64,000 bases of DNA from an uncultured archaeon (GCA_964427715.1 CAYRUV010000002.1:85663-149662), one strand, 5' to 3'. Numbered from the stretch's first letter, positions 43,919-53,155 are shown. Notes: generated by a model from the letters alone, not told the origin. A program made the numbers and translations.

Positions 43919-44578
43919 ATGAAAACACAAAACATTCTCTCGATTCTCGTATTAGGATTCCTTATTTTTGGCACGCTCGCGAGCGCGGCCGATCTATCCA
44001 CGACCACGATGACGTGGTTCGTGCCCACGATTAAGAGTTTTACCGTCTCATACGGTTCCCCTTGCTCTTCCACGGCCTTCTTCTTCGTGGAATCGAATGC
44101 GCAATACGACAATGATACAGATGCCAACTGGGCACGTGCCGTTCCTCAGTCCACGCGAACAGGGGCCGGGGACACCAACTGTCAAACCAGCTCACAAGCG
44201 GCGATTACTCTCACAAATAACGGAAACACCACGATTAACATCGATGGAAACTTCACTTCCGGACTTACGGGGTCGGATATCAACCTCGAATTGAAGGTCT
44301 GGATGGGCACCGGTTCCGGATGCGGAACGAATGGAATGGGCGGATGGCAGGAACCTTGCAGCGTAACAAATACCACCTCGGCTCCCACCTCTACTACCTG
44401 TAAGGAGTTTAGTAGCGGCACTGGCATCGACACGGAAGGAACGCGACTTGTAACGAGTTTGCCGGCTCTCGACACGAACCAATTGTGCTTCTCTGGAGAT
44501 TTGAACGGAATGTCCGGATACGGAGCCACTTCCGGGGATCACAATAAGACATTCCAGATTGGCGCTCTCTTCAGCTAG
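43919..44578 (+). CDS. A-family secreted six-Cys protein, copy A3 (minimal, 219 aa)
   Basis: Signal peptide MKTQNILSILVLGFLIFGTLASA. Motifs SFTVSYGSPCSSTAFFFVE, LTNNGNTTINIDGNF, LKVWMGTGSGCG, DTNQLCFSGDLN and GDHNKTFQIGALFS are shared with A2. Confidence 0.75.
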   Translation: MKTQNILSILVLGFLIFGTLASAADLSTTTMTWFVPTIKSFTVSYGSPCSSTAFFFVESNAQYDNDTDANWARAVPQSTRTGAGDTNCQTSSQAAITLTNNGNTTINIDGNFTSGLTGSDINLELKVWMGTGSGCGTNGMGGWQEPCSVTNTTSAPTSTTCKEFSSGTGIDTEGTRLVTSLPALDTNQLCFSGDLNGMSGYGATSGDHNKTFQIGALFS

Positions 44579-44643
44579 CGCCTTTTTGGAAGGTTTATTA
44601 ACGGCGGGGCCGTCTACTAGTGCCAATTAGGGGGCGCATTTCA

Positions 44644-45705
44644 ATGACCGAACACCATACTTCCACGCAAGAAAATCACGCTGGGGCTCACCATGCGGTA
44701 GGGTCCAAAGGAAAAGGGATTCCCACCTGGGCTCTTTTGGTTGGAGTGGTTCTCCTCATTGGGGGAGTATATTTGTTTGTTTTTTCTCCCGCTACGACGC
44801 TTTCTCCCACTGTTCCTTCATCCTCGGACGGGACTGAGGATTCGGTCATCGGATTTACGGGCGAGCCTTCTGTTGCGCCCATTGCGTCTAACGGTGCTCC
44901 GGACAGTACGGTTCTCTCCAAGGCTAAGTATCTGAAGGAACTGTACACGGTGGATCGGGATTCCTATCAACTTTTTGAAAAGGCCGCCGCCTATCGGGGA
45001 GAAACACTCGATGAGACGAAGAAGTTCTTCCTGAATTGCTGCGATTTGGGAAGTCAAGAGGAAATATTCGCTGAGCTTCCTCTCATCCCTTCTGATTTCT
45101 CAACGGTTGCATTCAATTTTGCAACGGGTCAGCTTTATCAGTTAGGTTCCATGTCGGAATCGTACTACAAGCAGCCTGAACTTTATTTCCACACCGATCA
45201 AACCGCGCTGGCGAATCGAAAGCTCGCCTTCTCGGCATGGTCGCAACCTCAGCTCAACTATTGGGGCGATTACGGTGCGAGTTCTACCCCGGCTGATCAA
45301 TATGGGGTGGTGAGCAAGAAGAATAACAAGACCTTCAAGGCCGCCGTCTTCGTGACGAATGGGTGGAATATCCAAAATTGGGTGGGTATGCACATGGTGA
45401 CCAACTTGAGTGCTTCTCAATTCTTTGATGTGAAGATTTCTGAAGAGAAGACCGGGCAACCTTACTTCTTGCTAGGTCCTACTTTTCCCACCTTCAGTAG
45501 AGATTGGGCGACCAAACTCACGATTGAGGGAACAGTGAAAGACTCTACTCCTCCTGGCGTCTATCAGGTGCGCGTGAATCCCATTCAGCCTCCTAAGGAA
45601 TTGAGTCAAAAATGGTCGGATGATCACTTGGGGATTTATGTTCCCTATGGCGGATTGGTCCCCGATACCGGGTTCATCACGCTGAATATCACCGTGACTG
45701 AATAG
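44644..45705 (+). CDS. B-family protein, copy B3 (TM-anchored)
   Basis: ATG 44644 is preceded by AGGGGG. It has TM helix WALLVGVVLLIGGVYLFVF and motifs SYYKQPELYF and LLGPTFPTFSRDW. ORF-track start 44620 is a GTG. Confidence 0.75.
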   Translation: MTEHHTSTQENHAGAHHAVGSKGKGIPTWALLVGVVLLIGGVYLFVFSPATTLSPTVPSSSDGTEDSVIGFTGEPSVAPIASNGAPDSTVLSKAKYLKELYTVDRDSYQLFEKAAAYRGETLDETKKFFLNCCDLGSQEEIFAELPLIPSDFSTVAFNFATGQLYQLGSMSESYYKQPELYFHTDQTALANRKLAFSAWSQPQLNYWGDYGASSTPADQYGVVSKKNNKTFKAAVFVTNGWNIQNWVGMHMVTNLSASQFFDVKISEEKTGQPYFLLGPTFPTFSRDWATKLTIEGTVKDSTPPGVYQVRVNPIQPPKELSQKWSDDHLGIYVPYGGLVPDTGFITLNITVTE

Positions 45706-45760
45706 GGTTAGGTGGGGTTCAAACCCCATCTAAAATAAACCCCAACTCCTCGTTCCATGC

Positions 45761-47743
45761 ATGATTTGCTCGCGCGGAGGGATTCTTCTCGCTCTGTCCT
45801 TCCTTTTCCTATTTTCCCTCGCCGCGCACGCCGATCCGACTCCCCTAGTGGGTAGCAATCCTACCTGGATAACTGGATTGGGCGGCACCTATTCGCTTGG
45901 TCTGTCGTATTCGCTCTGCCCCTCGACGACGGGCAATACCACGTTGCATGCGAACGTAGCCACTGTCCCACTCGGGGTCTCAACGGTGGATGCGAATGTT
46001 TTTGCAACTATTCGGAAGCCAGATTTATCCACCACGGATGTGAATTTCACGAATAACCTGAGTGGGGATTACACCTACACTTATAATTTTGATCAGAATG
46101 GGACCTACTTCATTCAAGCCCATGTGTATCACCCTGTCACACTAGGGGTTGGAGATGCGAATGGCTATGTGTATTTGGGCGATTTAAACTGGACTGTGGC
46201 GTTTCTCAACAATGATTTCGAGATTGAGATTGGTGAAACAGGGACAATTCGAAATACGGTGACGAATTCAGATGGGAATCTGGTTTATGACATCAATGCA
46301 AATACTACCCTCTATTATCCTAGTGGGAGCGTCGCGGATGCAAATGCAATAATGACTCAGACTTCCGATGGCGAATTCATCAAAGCTTTCTTCGGCCCGT
46401 CTCCTGCGGGAGACTACACGGTGTCTTCCATCTTCAAATGTGGGGGCAAGTATGTCGCGAATGGTTCCGGAGCATTCACGGTAACTGCTCCCGACACGAA
46501 TGGGGGAACCAGTAGCGGGGGCAGCAGCAGTGGTGGTGGCGGCGGTGGTGGTGGTGGCGGTGGCGGTGGTGGTGGATCCAAAACGGCTCAAATAATTGGA
46601 TTCGATTTCGATCCGGCTCTATCAAAGAACGCCTCTTCAGTCTTCAGTGTGACCGTCCAGAATCTCACGGGCACTGTCAAGGACTATCTGCTAGAGTACG
46701 CCATCACTCATCCATCGGGAGAATTGACGACGGGTGAAAAATTAATTCTGGCTGTGGCACCCTATCAACCCACCTCAGTGGTTTTGAATTCCGGGTTCAC
46801 TCCCCAGTATACGGGAACGTATACCTTCACTGGGTATCTGCGCACGCCCAACAAAATTGGATTATATGACATGAAGACCACCGTTTTGGATGTTCAGGGA
46901 GAACACCTCCTGAACGTCACATTAGACACGCCCTCCCCCAAGACCGCATCAGGCCTCACATTCCCATTCACGCTCGTCCTTCATAATGCAGGGGATTTTC
47001 CCGAGGAGAACGTCTTGATTCAGTGGTCGCTCACGGATGCAGAGGGAGACGAATACTTCAATTCTTCTTTCACCGCCATTCTTCCAGTGGCCGGGATTCA
47101 ATCATTTGCCCTTTCGCCGTTTATTCCAATCGATGTCGCTTTGGGGTCGCACACCCTTCTGGTGAAGGTCACTTCATCCGGCATCATGCAGGAAAAATCA
47201 CTCATGTTCGATGTCGCATCGCCGAACGACTATTATGCACAGTTCATCTCTGATCTTGAAGTGCGCATCGACCAATTGGAAGACAAGATTGACGAGCTTC
47301 AATCAAAAGGATTTGATGTGGACGCGGAATCACTGATCTTATTGGATCTCAAACAAGAGTTAGGGGACTCAAAAGGAATGTTGTTGTCCGGAAACTTCGC
47401 GCAACTCAATACTCAACTGTTAGAATTGTCGGAAAAAGTGACAAAACTGGCCGCCATTCTCGACAACATTGAGCAACAGGCACCTTTACTCTCCCGAGAG
47501 GGATTGACCATTATCCTCTACGTGGGGGTTGGCCTCATGCTTGCCACATTCCTATGGTTCCTCTTCGCACGTCGACGGAAGAAAGAAGAGGGCCCTAAAT
47601 CTCCGCCCGTGCGTCCCCTAGCGCCCAAACACATGGATAAGATGCTCGGAATTGATGTGACTTACTATCCCTCTCTCAAGCGCGAGGGCCTCAAACATAA
47701 GCCTTTAATATCCGACCTTCTTGGGTTGAAGGAGAGGAAATGA
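45761..47743 (+). CDS. surface protein (660 aa): signal peptide, beta-rich domains, Gly15 linker, coiled coil, C-terminal TM anchor
   Basis: ILLALSFLFLFSLAAHA signal, Gly/Ser tract, coiled-coil region (LEVRIDQLEDKIDELQSKG...), and TM plus basic stop-transfer LTIILYVGVGLMLATFLWFLFARRRKKEE. Confidence 0.8.
   Translation: MICSRGGILLALSFLFLFSLAAHADPTPLVGSNPTWITGLGGTYSLGLSYSLCPSTTGNTTLHANVATVPLGVSTVDANVFATIRKPDLSTTDVNFTNNLSGDYTYTYNFDQNGTYFIQAHVYHPVTLGVGDANGYVYLGDLNWTVAFLNNDFEIEIGETGTIRNTVTNSDGNLVYDINANTTLYYPSGSVADANAIMTQTSDGEFIKAFFGPSPAGDYTVSSIFKCGGKYVANGSGAFTVTAPDTNGGTSSGGSSSGGGGGGGGGGGGGGGSKTAQIIGFDFDPALSKNASSVFSVTVQNLTGTVKDYLLEYAITHPSGELTTGEKLILAVAPYQPTSVVLNSGFTPQYTGTYTFTGYLRTPNKIGLYDMKTTVLDVQGEHLLNVTLDTPSPKTASGLTFPFTLVLHNAGDFPEENVLIQWSLTDAEGDEYFNSSFTAILPVAGIQSFALSPFIPIDVALGSHTLLVKVTSSGIMQEKSLMFDVASPNDYYAQFISDLEVRIDQLEDKIDELQSKGFDVDAESLILLDLKQELGDSKGMLLSGNFAQLNTQLLELSEKVTKLAAILDNIEQQAPLLSREGLTIILYVGVGLMLATFLWFLFARRRKKEEGPKSPPVRPLAPKHMDKMLGIDVTYYPSLKREGLKHKPLISDLLGLKERK
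46532..46576 (+). repeat. 15 consecutive Gly codons (GGT/GGC/GGA simple-sequence tract)
   Basis: ggt ggt ggc ggc ggt ggt ggt ggt ggc ggt ggc ggt ggt ggt gga, read in frame and preceded by Ser/Gly codons. Confidence 0.95.
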
Positions 47744-48018
47744 CTATGCTGACCACCGAACTCATCGTATCATTGGGACTATTTGTCGTACAAATGGTGA
47801 TTGCCGTGTACTTGATTCGCTACTCCAATCAGCAGCTCATGAAGAGCATCTCAGGGTTGCGAGACAAGAACCTTGAGCTCATGAAACTCAACGCACGCTT
47901 AACTAAAACAGTTATCATGAATGAGGAAAATTTCAAGAAAGAAATTGAAGGATTTAAAGTCGGCAAGCACAAGGCCGAGCGCGAGGAAGTGCAGGTCGCT
48001 TCCTCTCGATCCAAGTAA
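47740..48018 (+). CDS. small TM plus coiled-coil protein, tandem paralogue 1
   Basis: 92 aa; ELIVSLGLFVVQMVIAVYLIRYSNQQL is shared with the next gene. ATGA overlap with the 660-aa gene, and a GGAGAGG SD. Confidence 0.6.
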   Translation: MTMLTTELIVSLGLFVVQMVIAVYLIRYSNQQLMKSISGLRDKNLELMKLNARLTKTVIMNEENFKKEIEGFKVGKHKAEREEVQVASSRSK

Positions 48019-48039
48019 TCGTTCAAGGGAGGAAACACC

Positions 48040-48285
48040 ATGGCATTCTCTGAAATCATCGTGTCGGTCGGATTATTTGTCATTTCGATGATGGTCGCTC
48101 TCTACTTGATTCGTTATTCCAACCAACAGCTCACGAAGTGTGTCACTGCATTGGAAGAGAAGCACAATGAACTCGTTGATTTGAACGGGAAACTCGCCAA
48201 GCAAATCCTCCAATCGGACAAGGAACTCCGTGCTCACTTTCACGCTGTTAAATCCCAGCACGCTAAAAAAGGCTCTGCACAGTAA
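48040..48285 (+). CDS. small TM plus coiled-coil protein, tandem paralogue 2
   Basis: 81 aa; EIIVSVGLFVISMMVALYLIRYSNQQL, with an AAGGGAGG SD upstream. Confidence 0.6.
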   Translation: MAFSEIIVSVGLFVISMMVALYLIRYSNQQLTKCVTALEEKHNELVDLNGKLAKQILQSDKELRAHFHAVKSQHAKKGSAQ

Positions 48286-48292
48286 ATAGTGC

Positions 48293-48766
48293 ATGGGCCA
48301 CGCCGAGCGAGATCGAATACTTTCTTTGTTGAAAGAGCAGAATATCCCCTTTCATCATTTCATCCACGAACCTGTTTTTACCTCCGAGCAGGCTGCGGCG
48401 GCGCGGCAGGGCGAACTCCACAATGGGGTGAAGGCGATGGTCTGCGAGACGGAGCGAGGGATTATTCTTGCTTTGCTTGCGGCGGACCGGAAATTAGACT
48501 TAGAGAAGCTCGCGGAGCTGATCAAGTTCAAGAAAATCAAGCTCGCGTCCAAAGAGAAAGTATTGGCGAACACGGGATGTGAAGTGGGGAGTGTTCCGCC
48601 CTTTGGTTTTCCTCACCCTTTGCCCACCTACATCGATGAGACGGTTTTCGACCACGAGAACGCGGAGTTTAACATCGGGCTGCTCACGGAGAGCGTGCGA
48701 TTGAAGACGTCTGACTTGCGTAAAATCCTCCCGCAGAAGCTGCTGAGTTTTGCGCAAACTAATTAA
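48293..48766 (+). CDS. YbaK/ProX-type aminoacyl-tRNA editing (deacylase) domain protein
   Basis: 157 aa; FTSEQAA...VKAMVCE...ILALLAADRKLDLEKLAELI...GCEVGSVPPFG is typical of the YbaK/ProRS-associated domain. Confidence 0.7.
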   Translation: MGHAERDRILSLLKEQNIPFHHFIHEPVFTSEQAAAARQGELHNGVKAMVCETERGIILALLAADRKLDLEKLAELIKFKKIKLASKEKVLANTGCEVGSVPPFGFPHPLPTYIDETVFDHENAEFNIGLLTESVRLKTSDLRKILPQKLLSFAQTN

Positions 48767-48788
48767 ACGTGAATACGCGTCATCAATC

Positions 48789-49661
48789 ATGCGTCGTACT
48801 CGTATAGGGATTCCTGCACTAGTTCGTAGCGCAAGGGTTTATCTCTCTACTCCCCGTGCTGCGAAAAAATTGCCACCGCGTCTTTCTGGGAAAAAGAGGA
48901 AACCATTCCAATTCGTTACTGCCATGAATCAGGTGCGCGAATACTGGACAAAAAGTCGATCGGACGCCAAATCATTACTCGCAACAGAAGCATTCGGCGA
49001 GTACGTTAGCCGCGTTGATGATCTGTTTGATCAACTAAACAGCCCGCCCGCCGAAAATCGCCTATTCTATAAATCCGATCCCGAGGCAAGAAAACATATT
49101 ACCCATTTTGTTAAGGCTGTGAAAGGAGCTCCATTGACGACCGAACAGCGGAGAGAGATATTCAAAATTGCCGGTAATTTCCGTCGCTACTCATTTATGA
49201 AAATGGGGGAATATCAAAAGAAACCTCCCACACTTGAAAATGTCATCCAAGAAAAGGAAGATACGACGGGAGCATACGCGCGAATGGTTGTGGCCGTACT
49301 CAATGTTGCCTCCCGCGTCCCCAAAGCTGAACGCGAAAAGGTGGAGAAGGCATTCTTTGATGCGGGTATGGCTATCCAGGTTTCGGACGATTTGTTAGAC
49401 ATGCATGCCGATCGCCGAGCAGGGGTGAACAATGTTGTTTTTTCAGTCCTCAAAGAGCAACCCATTGAACTTGCTCGTGCCATGCGGCAAAAGCGACTCA
49501 CTCCCCTTTGGTTGCGGATACACTGTCCTCGGACCTACTCCCAAATTCAGTCTATTATGAACACCTATTTGGACCGTCTTCCCAAAGGGACAGCTTCTGA
49601 TAGGGTATTTCGGGCTTTTCCCAAAATAATTTGGTATGTTTCTCAGTTTAACCGATCCTAG
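48789..49661 (+). CDS. divergent isoprenoid-synthase-fold protein (polyprenyl synthase-like)
   Basis: Two Asp-rich motifs: VSRVDDLFDQL and GMAIQVSDDLLDMHAD (resembling FQ..DD..D). Start taken at ATG 48789. The function call is tentative. Confidence 0.4.
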   Translation: MRRTRIGIPALVRSARVYLSTPRAAKKLPPRLSGKKRKPFQFVTAMNQVREYWTKSRSDAKSLLATEAFGEYVSRVDDLFDQLNSPPAENRLFYKSDPEARKHITHFVKAVKGAPLTTEQRREIFKIAGNFRRYSFMKMGEYQKKPPTLENVIQEKEDTTGAYARMVVAVLNVASRVPKAEREKVEKAFFDAGMAIQVSDDLLDMHADRRAGVNNVVFSVLKEQPIELARAMRQKRLTPLWLRIHCPRTYSQIQSIMNTYLDRLPKGTASDRVFRAFPKIIWYVSQFNRS

Positions 49662-49777
49662 GTTTCCACACTCCATTTATAAGCCTTTTACCGGGCTTTA
49701 CGAGTATGGAGCCCCCCAAAGAGGGGGCAACCCATGATAACCCGCCCCCAAAGGGTGGTTTTGAGGTGAAAAAACAC

Positions 49778-50140
49778 ATGTCTACCACATTCAACGTCCC
49801 TGCCGAGCTCAAGGAGAAGCAGAACGAATTCTTGTCGGAATTGGGCAAGAAGAAAGGAAAGGCCCGCATTGGGGTCAACGAGGTCACGAAGGCCATCGAG
49901 CGAGATCAAGCCAAATTGGTCATCATCGCGAAGGATGTCTCTCCGCCTGAATTGACGATGCACATTCCCTTGCTCTGCAAAGAGAAGAAGGTCCCCTACT
50001 CGTTCTCGGACACCAAGAAAGAATTGGGTGAGAAGATTGGTATCGCCGTGGGAACCGCTGCGATTGCCATTGTGGAAGCCGGAGACGGCGCCGCGCAGTT
50101 GGAATCGATCGTGAAGACGGTTCAGGGACTCTCGAAGTAG
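49778..50140 (+). CDS. rpl7ae: ribosomal protein L7Ae
   Basis: KARIGVNEVTKAIERDQAKLVIIAKDVSPPELTMHIPLLCKEKKVPY. Start ATG 49778 (MSTTFNVPAEL) aligns with the usual L7Ae N-terminus and is preceded by a GAGGTGA SD. The ORF track extends to 49706. Confidence 0.9.
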   Translation: MSTTFNVPAELKEKQNEFLSELGKKKGKARIGVNEVTKAIERDQAKLVIIAKDVSPPELTMHIPLLCKEKKVPYSFSDTKKELGEKIGIAVGTAAIAIVEAGDGAAQLESIVKTVQGLSK

Positions 50141-50150
50141 GTGACTGAAC

Positions 50151-50360
50151 ATGGCTGAACTCGGTACCCCTGCAGAAGTGGTCGAAGTCGTGAAGCGAAC
50201 CGGAGTGCACGGAGAAATCTCCCAAGTGCTCTGCCGCATTCTCGACGGACCCGAAAAAGGACGCGTCAAGCGACGCAACGTCAAAGGCTTGTTGAGAGCC
50301 GGAGACAAATTGATTTTGTTGAACACGGAGCGCGAAGCCAAAGAAATTCGCGCCCACTAA
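50151..50360 (+). CDS. rps28e: ribosomal protein S28e
   Basis: 69 aa; [40 protein letters not shown]. Confidence 0.9.
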   Translation: MAELGTPAEVVEVVKRTGVHGEISQVLCRILDGPEKGRVKRRNVKGLLRAGDKLILLNTEREAKEIRAH

Positions 50361-50369
50361 TGGATGTGA

Positions 50370-50633
50370 ATGGCTATGGATTGTTCATTTTGCGGAAAAA
50401 ACATCCCCAAGGGGACTGGTTTCTTGTTCGCCAAGAAAACCGGACAGGTGTATTCATTCTGCTCTCGCAAATGCGAGCACAACATGCTGCACTTAGGACG
50501 ACAGTCGCGCGACACGCGATGGACGAAGGATTTCGCTAAGACGAAGGCGAGTAACTTGGCCATCCGCGCCCACGAGCAGTCGAAGAAAACTCCTGGAAAG
50601 GAAGAGACCAAGACGAAGGTCAAGGCCGAATAA
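50370..50633 (+). CDS. rpl24e: ribosomal protein L24e
   Basis: CSFCGKNIPKGTGFLFAKKTGQVYSFCSRKC zinc-ribbon N-terminus. Confidence 0.9.
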   Translation: MAMDCSFCGKNIPKGTGFLFAKKTGQVYSFCSRKCEHNMLHLGRQSRDTRWTKDFAKTKASNLAIRAHEQSKKTPGKEETKTKVKAE

Positions 50634-50635
50634 GG

Positions 50636-51142
50636 ATGGATGTCCCGATGATGGAACGAACCCTCGTTTTGATCAAGCCGGATGGAGTCCAACGACAACT
50701 CGTTGGGCGAATCCTCCAGCGATTTGAGGATGTGGGGTTGAAGATCGTCGGGATGAAACTCATCCAGCCGACTAAGGAACACTCCGCGACTCACTACGCC
50801 GATGTCGGCGTGCGACGCGGACAGAAAGTGTTGGATCAGAACGTGAACTTCCTCGCGGAAGGGCCCGTTATCGCGATGGTGCTGGAAGGAATTCAGTCCA
50901 TTGAATTGGTTCGGAAGATGGTGGGTTCCACCGAGCCCAAAGCATCTCCTCCTGGAACGATTCGAGGGGATTTTTCTCACCAATCGTACGCCTGGGCGGA
51001 CGCCAAGAACCAAGTGGTTCGAAACTTGATTCACGCTTCTTCTTCCAAGGAAGACGCGGAGAAGGAAATTGCCTTGTGGTTCAAGAAAGACGAATTGTAC
51101 AACTACAAGACGATGCACGAACCTCATACGTTTGGTCAGTAA
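50636..51142 (+). CDS. ndk: nucleoside diphosphate kinase
   Basis: ERTLVLIKPDGVQRQLVGRILQRFE...GPVIAMVLEG...GTIRGDF...NLIHAS (active-site His). Confidence 0.92.
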   Translation: MDVPMMERTLVLIKPDGVQRQLVGRILQRFEDVGLKIVGMKLIQPTKEHSATHYADVGVRRGQKVLDQNVNFLAEGPVIAMVLEGIQSIELVRKMVGSTEPKASPPGTIRGDFSHQSYAWADAKNQVVRNLIHASSSKEDAEKEIALWFKKDELYNYKTMHEPHTFGQ

Positions 51143-51189
51143 TTTCTATTTTTTCAATCGGCAGTATTTTATCTCTCTAATTCGTAAGA

Positions 51190-51621
51190 GTGCTCATGCA
51201 CCTGCTCATCAAGAAACTCCACCCAGACGCCATTATTCCCAAGTATGCCCTTCCCGGGGATGCGGGGATGGATTTGTATGCAGTTGAGACGGTTGTTCTC
51301 GCGCCCAACCAGAAAACCATCATCCCCACCGGCATCGCAATGGCGATTCCAAAGGGCCACGTGGGGTTAGTATGGGATAAATCCGGGATTGCGAGTAAAC
51401 ACCATTTACACACGCTCGCCGGGGTCATTGATGAGAATTATCGCGGGGAAATACGCGTTGTCATTGGTAATTTTGGAGATCAACCGTACACAATTGAGAA
51501 GGGTAAGAAGTTTGCCCAATTGTTGATTCAGCCGGTTGTTCAACCCGAAATGAGAGAAGTGGATTCGTTAGACGAAACCAATCGCGGGGCTGGCGGATTT
51601 GGCAGCACGGGTTTGAACTAA
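51190..51621 (+). CDS. dut: dUTP diphosphatase (trimeric dUTPase)
   Basis: Motifs GDAGMDLYA, GLVWDKSG, GVIDENYRGEI and RGAGGFGSTG. Confidence 0.92.
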   Translation: MLMHLLIKKLHPDAIIPKYALPGDAGMDLYAVETVVLAPNQKTIIPTGIAMAIPKGHVGLVWDKSGIASKHHLHTLAGVIDENYRGEIRVVIGNFGDQPYTIEKGKKFAQLLIQPVVQPEMREVDSLDETNRGAGGFGSTGLN

Positions 51622-51622
51622 T

Positions 51623-53047
51623 TCAAATCAGCGGCTTGTCTTGCTTGTATTCTTTATTATTTTTCATCGCTTCAAATGCTTTCTGAAGTTCGGCTCCCAA
51701 ATAGAATGCGTGATCGGGGCGTGATACCAGGTTGGAGTGAACGAGTTTGGTGAATAATTCCTCCAATGCGCGCTTCTCGTCTTTTTCCACGTTCTCCACC
51801 GTGAATTGGGTCTTTTCTCCAATGGGGGTGAAGTGTTGAAGGGTGATTTTTCGTGAAGGGTGATCTAACAGGATCACGAAGTTTCCTCGCGGGTCCACAT
51901 CAAAGCGATAGTCTGAGGAAGTGTAATGGTCGGTGAGAATTTTCGTCGCCTCCTTCCATTTCCCTTCATAGATATGGGCGCTGGTAGAGAGCACCATGAG
52001 GGAACCAATCGGAATACCCACTTCGCGTGCGACCTTCTGCTGAAGCTCTCTCCATGAAAAGAGGTTGAGGGGCCACCCCTCAAACATATCATGCGAGCGC
52101 ACATAGCAGGTTTGTTCGAGTTTTCCATGAGAAACGGACCACACCACGGAAACCAGGCACGGGGGATTTTTGTCGCGCATGTCTTTTTCCACATGCCACG
52201 TCAATCCAATAGCACGGCGCGTGTAGGGGGTTTTTTTCAGGTGCTCAATGGCATTCTCTACCTGGTTGAACTCCGTGCTTCCCGGCCATGCATGGAGGCG
52301 CGAACCATAGGTGTAAACCACTCCTTCCGTTTTCTTTCCCGTGAGGGTTTTGTCTCTATAATTATCCACGTCCTTTTGAGTAAATGGAAGAAATTCATGA
52401 ACTCCGGAGTCGTCTCCTTCAATGATGCAAAAAAGGTTGAGTAATTCTTTTTGCTTTGCACCATATTCCGTGGGTTTCTCTTCTCCAAATTTCATGATTA
52501 AGTCCAATACCTTCAGCCAACCCTGGGATATGGTGGGTGCGCGGATGAGGAATCCTTGTTTTTCTGAAGGGAATGTTTGGAACGCAGGGGGTTTGGGTTC
52601 GGGGAATGATTGAGGGGGTGCAAATGGGGGAAGAATTTCAAGTGAATCGATTTTGGCCGCTATCTCCTCGAGGGGCTTTCCTCTAAAATCGTGTACGGTC
52701 ACATTTTCGCGTATTTTTTGGAGTGCGTCGCGGGGAATTTCAGATTGGAAGGTGAAATTGGTTCCTTTGACTTTCCCATTCTCTTCGATTCCCTCCTTGA
52801 AGAAGGCGGTCCAGATATCCCCTGCATGGGTGAGATCGGCGCCCATGAGAATGAGGTGCCTCCAATGGGGGTTGGTCCAAATAGCTCTCACAATCGTGTT
52901 GAGGGCATCGTAGGAGTACTGGTTGGCACAAATGGCAAATTTTTGGGAATTAAGCCTTTGAGCGACGGGCTGGGCGAGGGTCCAAAAGGTACAGATGACT
53001 GTTGAGGACCCGCTCAGGTTCCCCTCCACAAAGTGCTCGTTTCCCAT
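51623..53047 (-). CDS. thyA: thymidylate synthase (archaeal ThyA type) with a roughly 190-aa N-terminal extra domain
   Basis: C-terminal region YTRRAIGLTWH...NPPCLVSVVW...YVRSHDMFEGWPLNLFSW...LSTSAHIYE contains the ThyA catalytic Cys and RS.D motifs. The N-terminal 190 aa (NPHWRHLILMGADLTHAGD...) is not part of classical ThyA. Confidence 0.8.
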   Translation of the reverse strand: MGNEHFVEGNLSGSSTVICTFWTLAQPVAQRLNSQKFAICANQYSYDALNTIVRAIWTNPHWRHLILMGADLTHAGDIWTAFFKEGIEENGKVKGTNFTFQSEIPRDALQKIRENVTVHDFRGKPLEEIAAKIDSLEILPPFAPPQSFPEPKPPAFQTFPSEKQGFLIRAPTISQGWLKVLDLIMKFGEEKPTEYGAKQKELLNLFCIIEGDDSGVHEFLPFTQKDVDNYRDKTLTGKKTEGVVYTYGSRLHAWPGSTEFNQVENAIEHLKKTPYTRRAIGLTWHVEKDMRDKNPPCLVSVVWSVSHGKLEQTCYVRSHDMFEGWPLNLFSWRELQQKVAREVGIPIGSLMVLSTSAHIYEGKWKEATKILTDHYTSSDYRFDVDPRGNFVILLDHPSRKITLQHFTPIGEKTQFTVENVEKDEKRALEELFTKLVHSNLVSRPDHAFYLGAELQKAFEAMKNNKEYKQDKPLI

Positions 53048-53155
53048 TCATTTCTCAGTACGGACCCGGACCCATAAAAGGATTGCTCGTTTTTTCCTGG
53101 AAATAAAAAGGGTCGCGTGAGCGGGTTATATTCTCTACGGCCATTCTCTATTCCT

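Noticed and set aside
45713-45728. A tRNA T-arm-like hairpin (TGGGGTTCAAACCCCA) after B3, considered as a tRNA fragment or att remnant.
   Set aside because: No acceptor, D or anticodon arms lie around it. It does not match the T arms of the three tRNAs in the window. It is probably a simple 3' hairpin.
49688-51127. Long minus-strand ORFs (217, 144 and 256 aa) opposite the rpl7ae, rps28e, rpl24e and ndk genes.
   Set aside because: They are antisense to unmistakable ribosomal protein and NDK genes, with no motifs and a biased composition.
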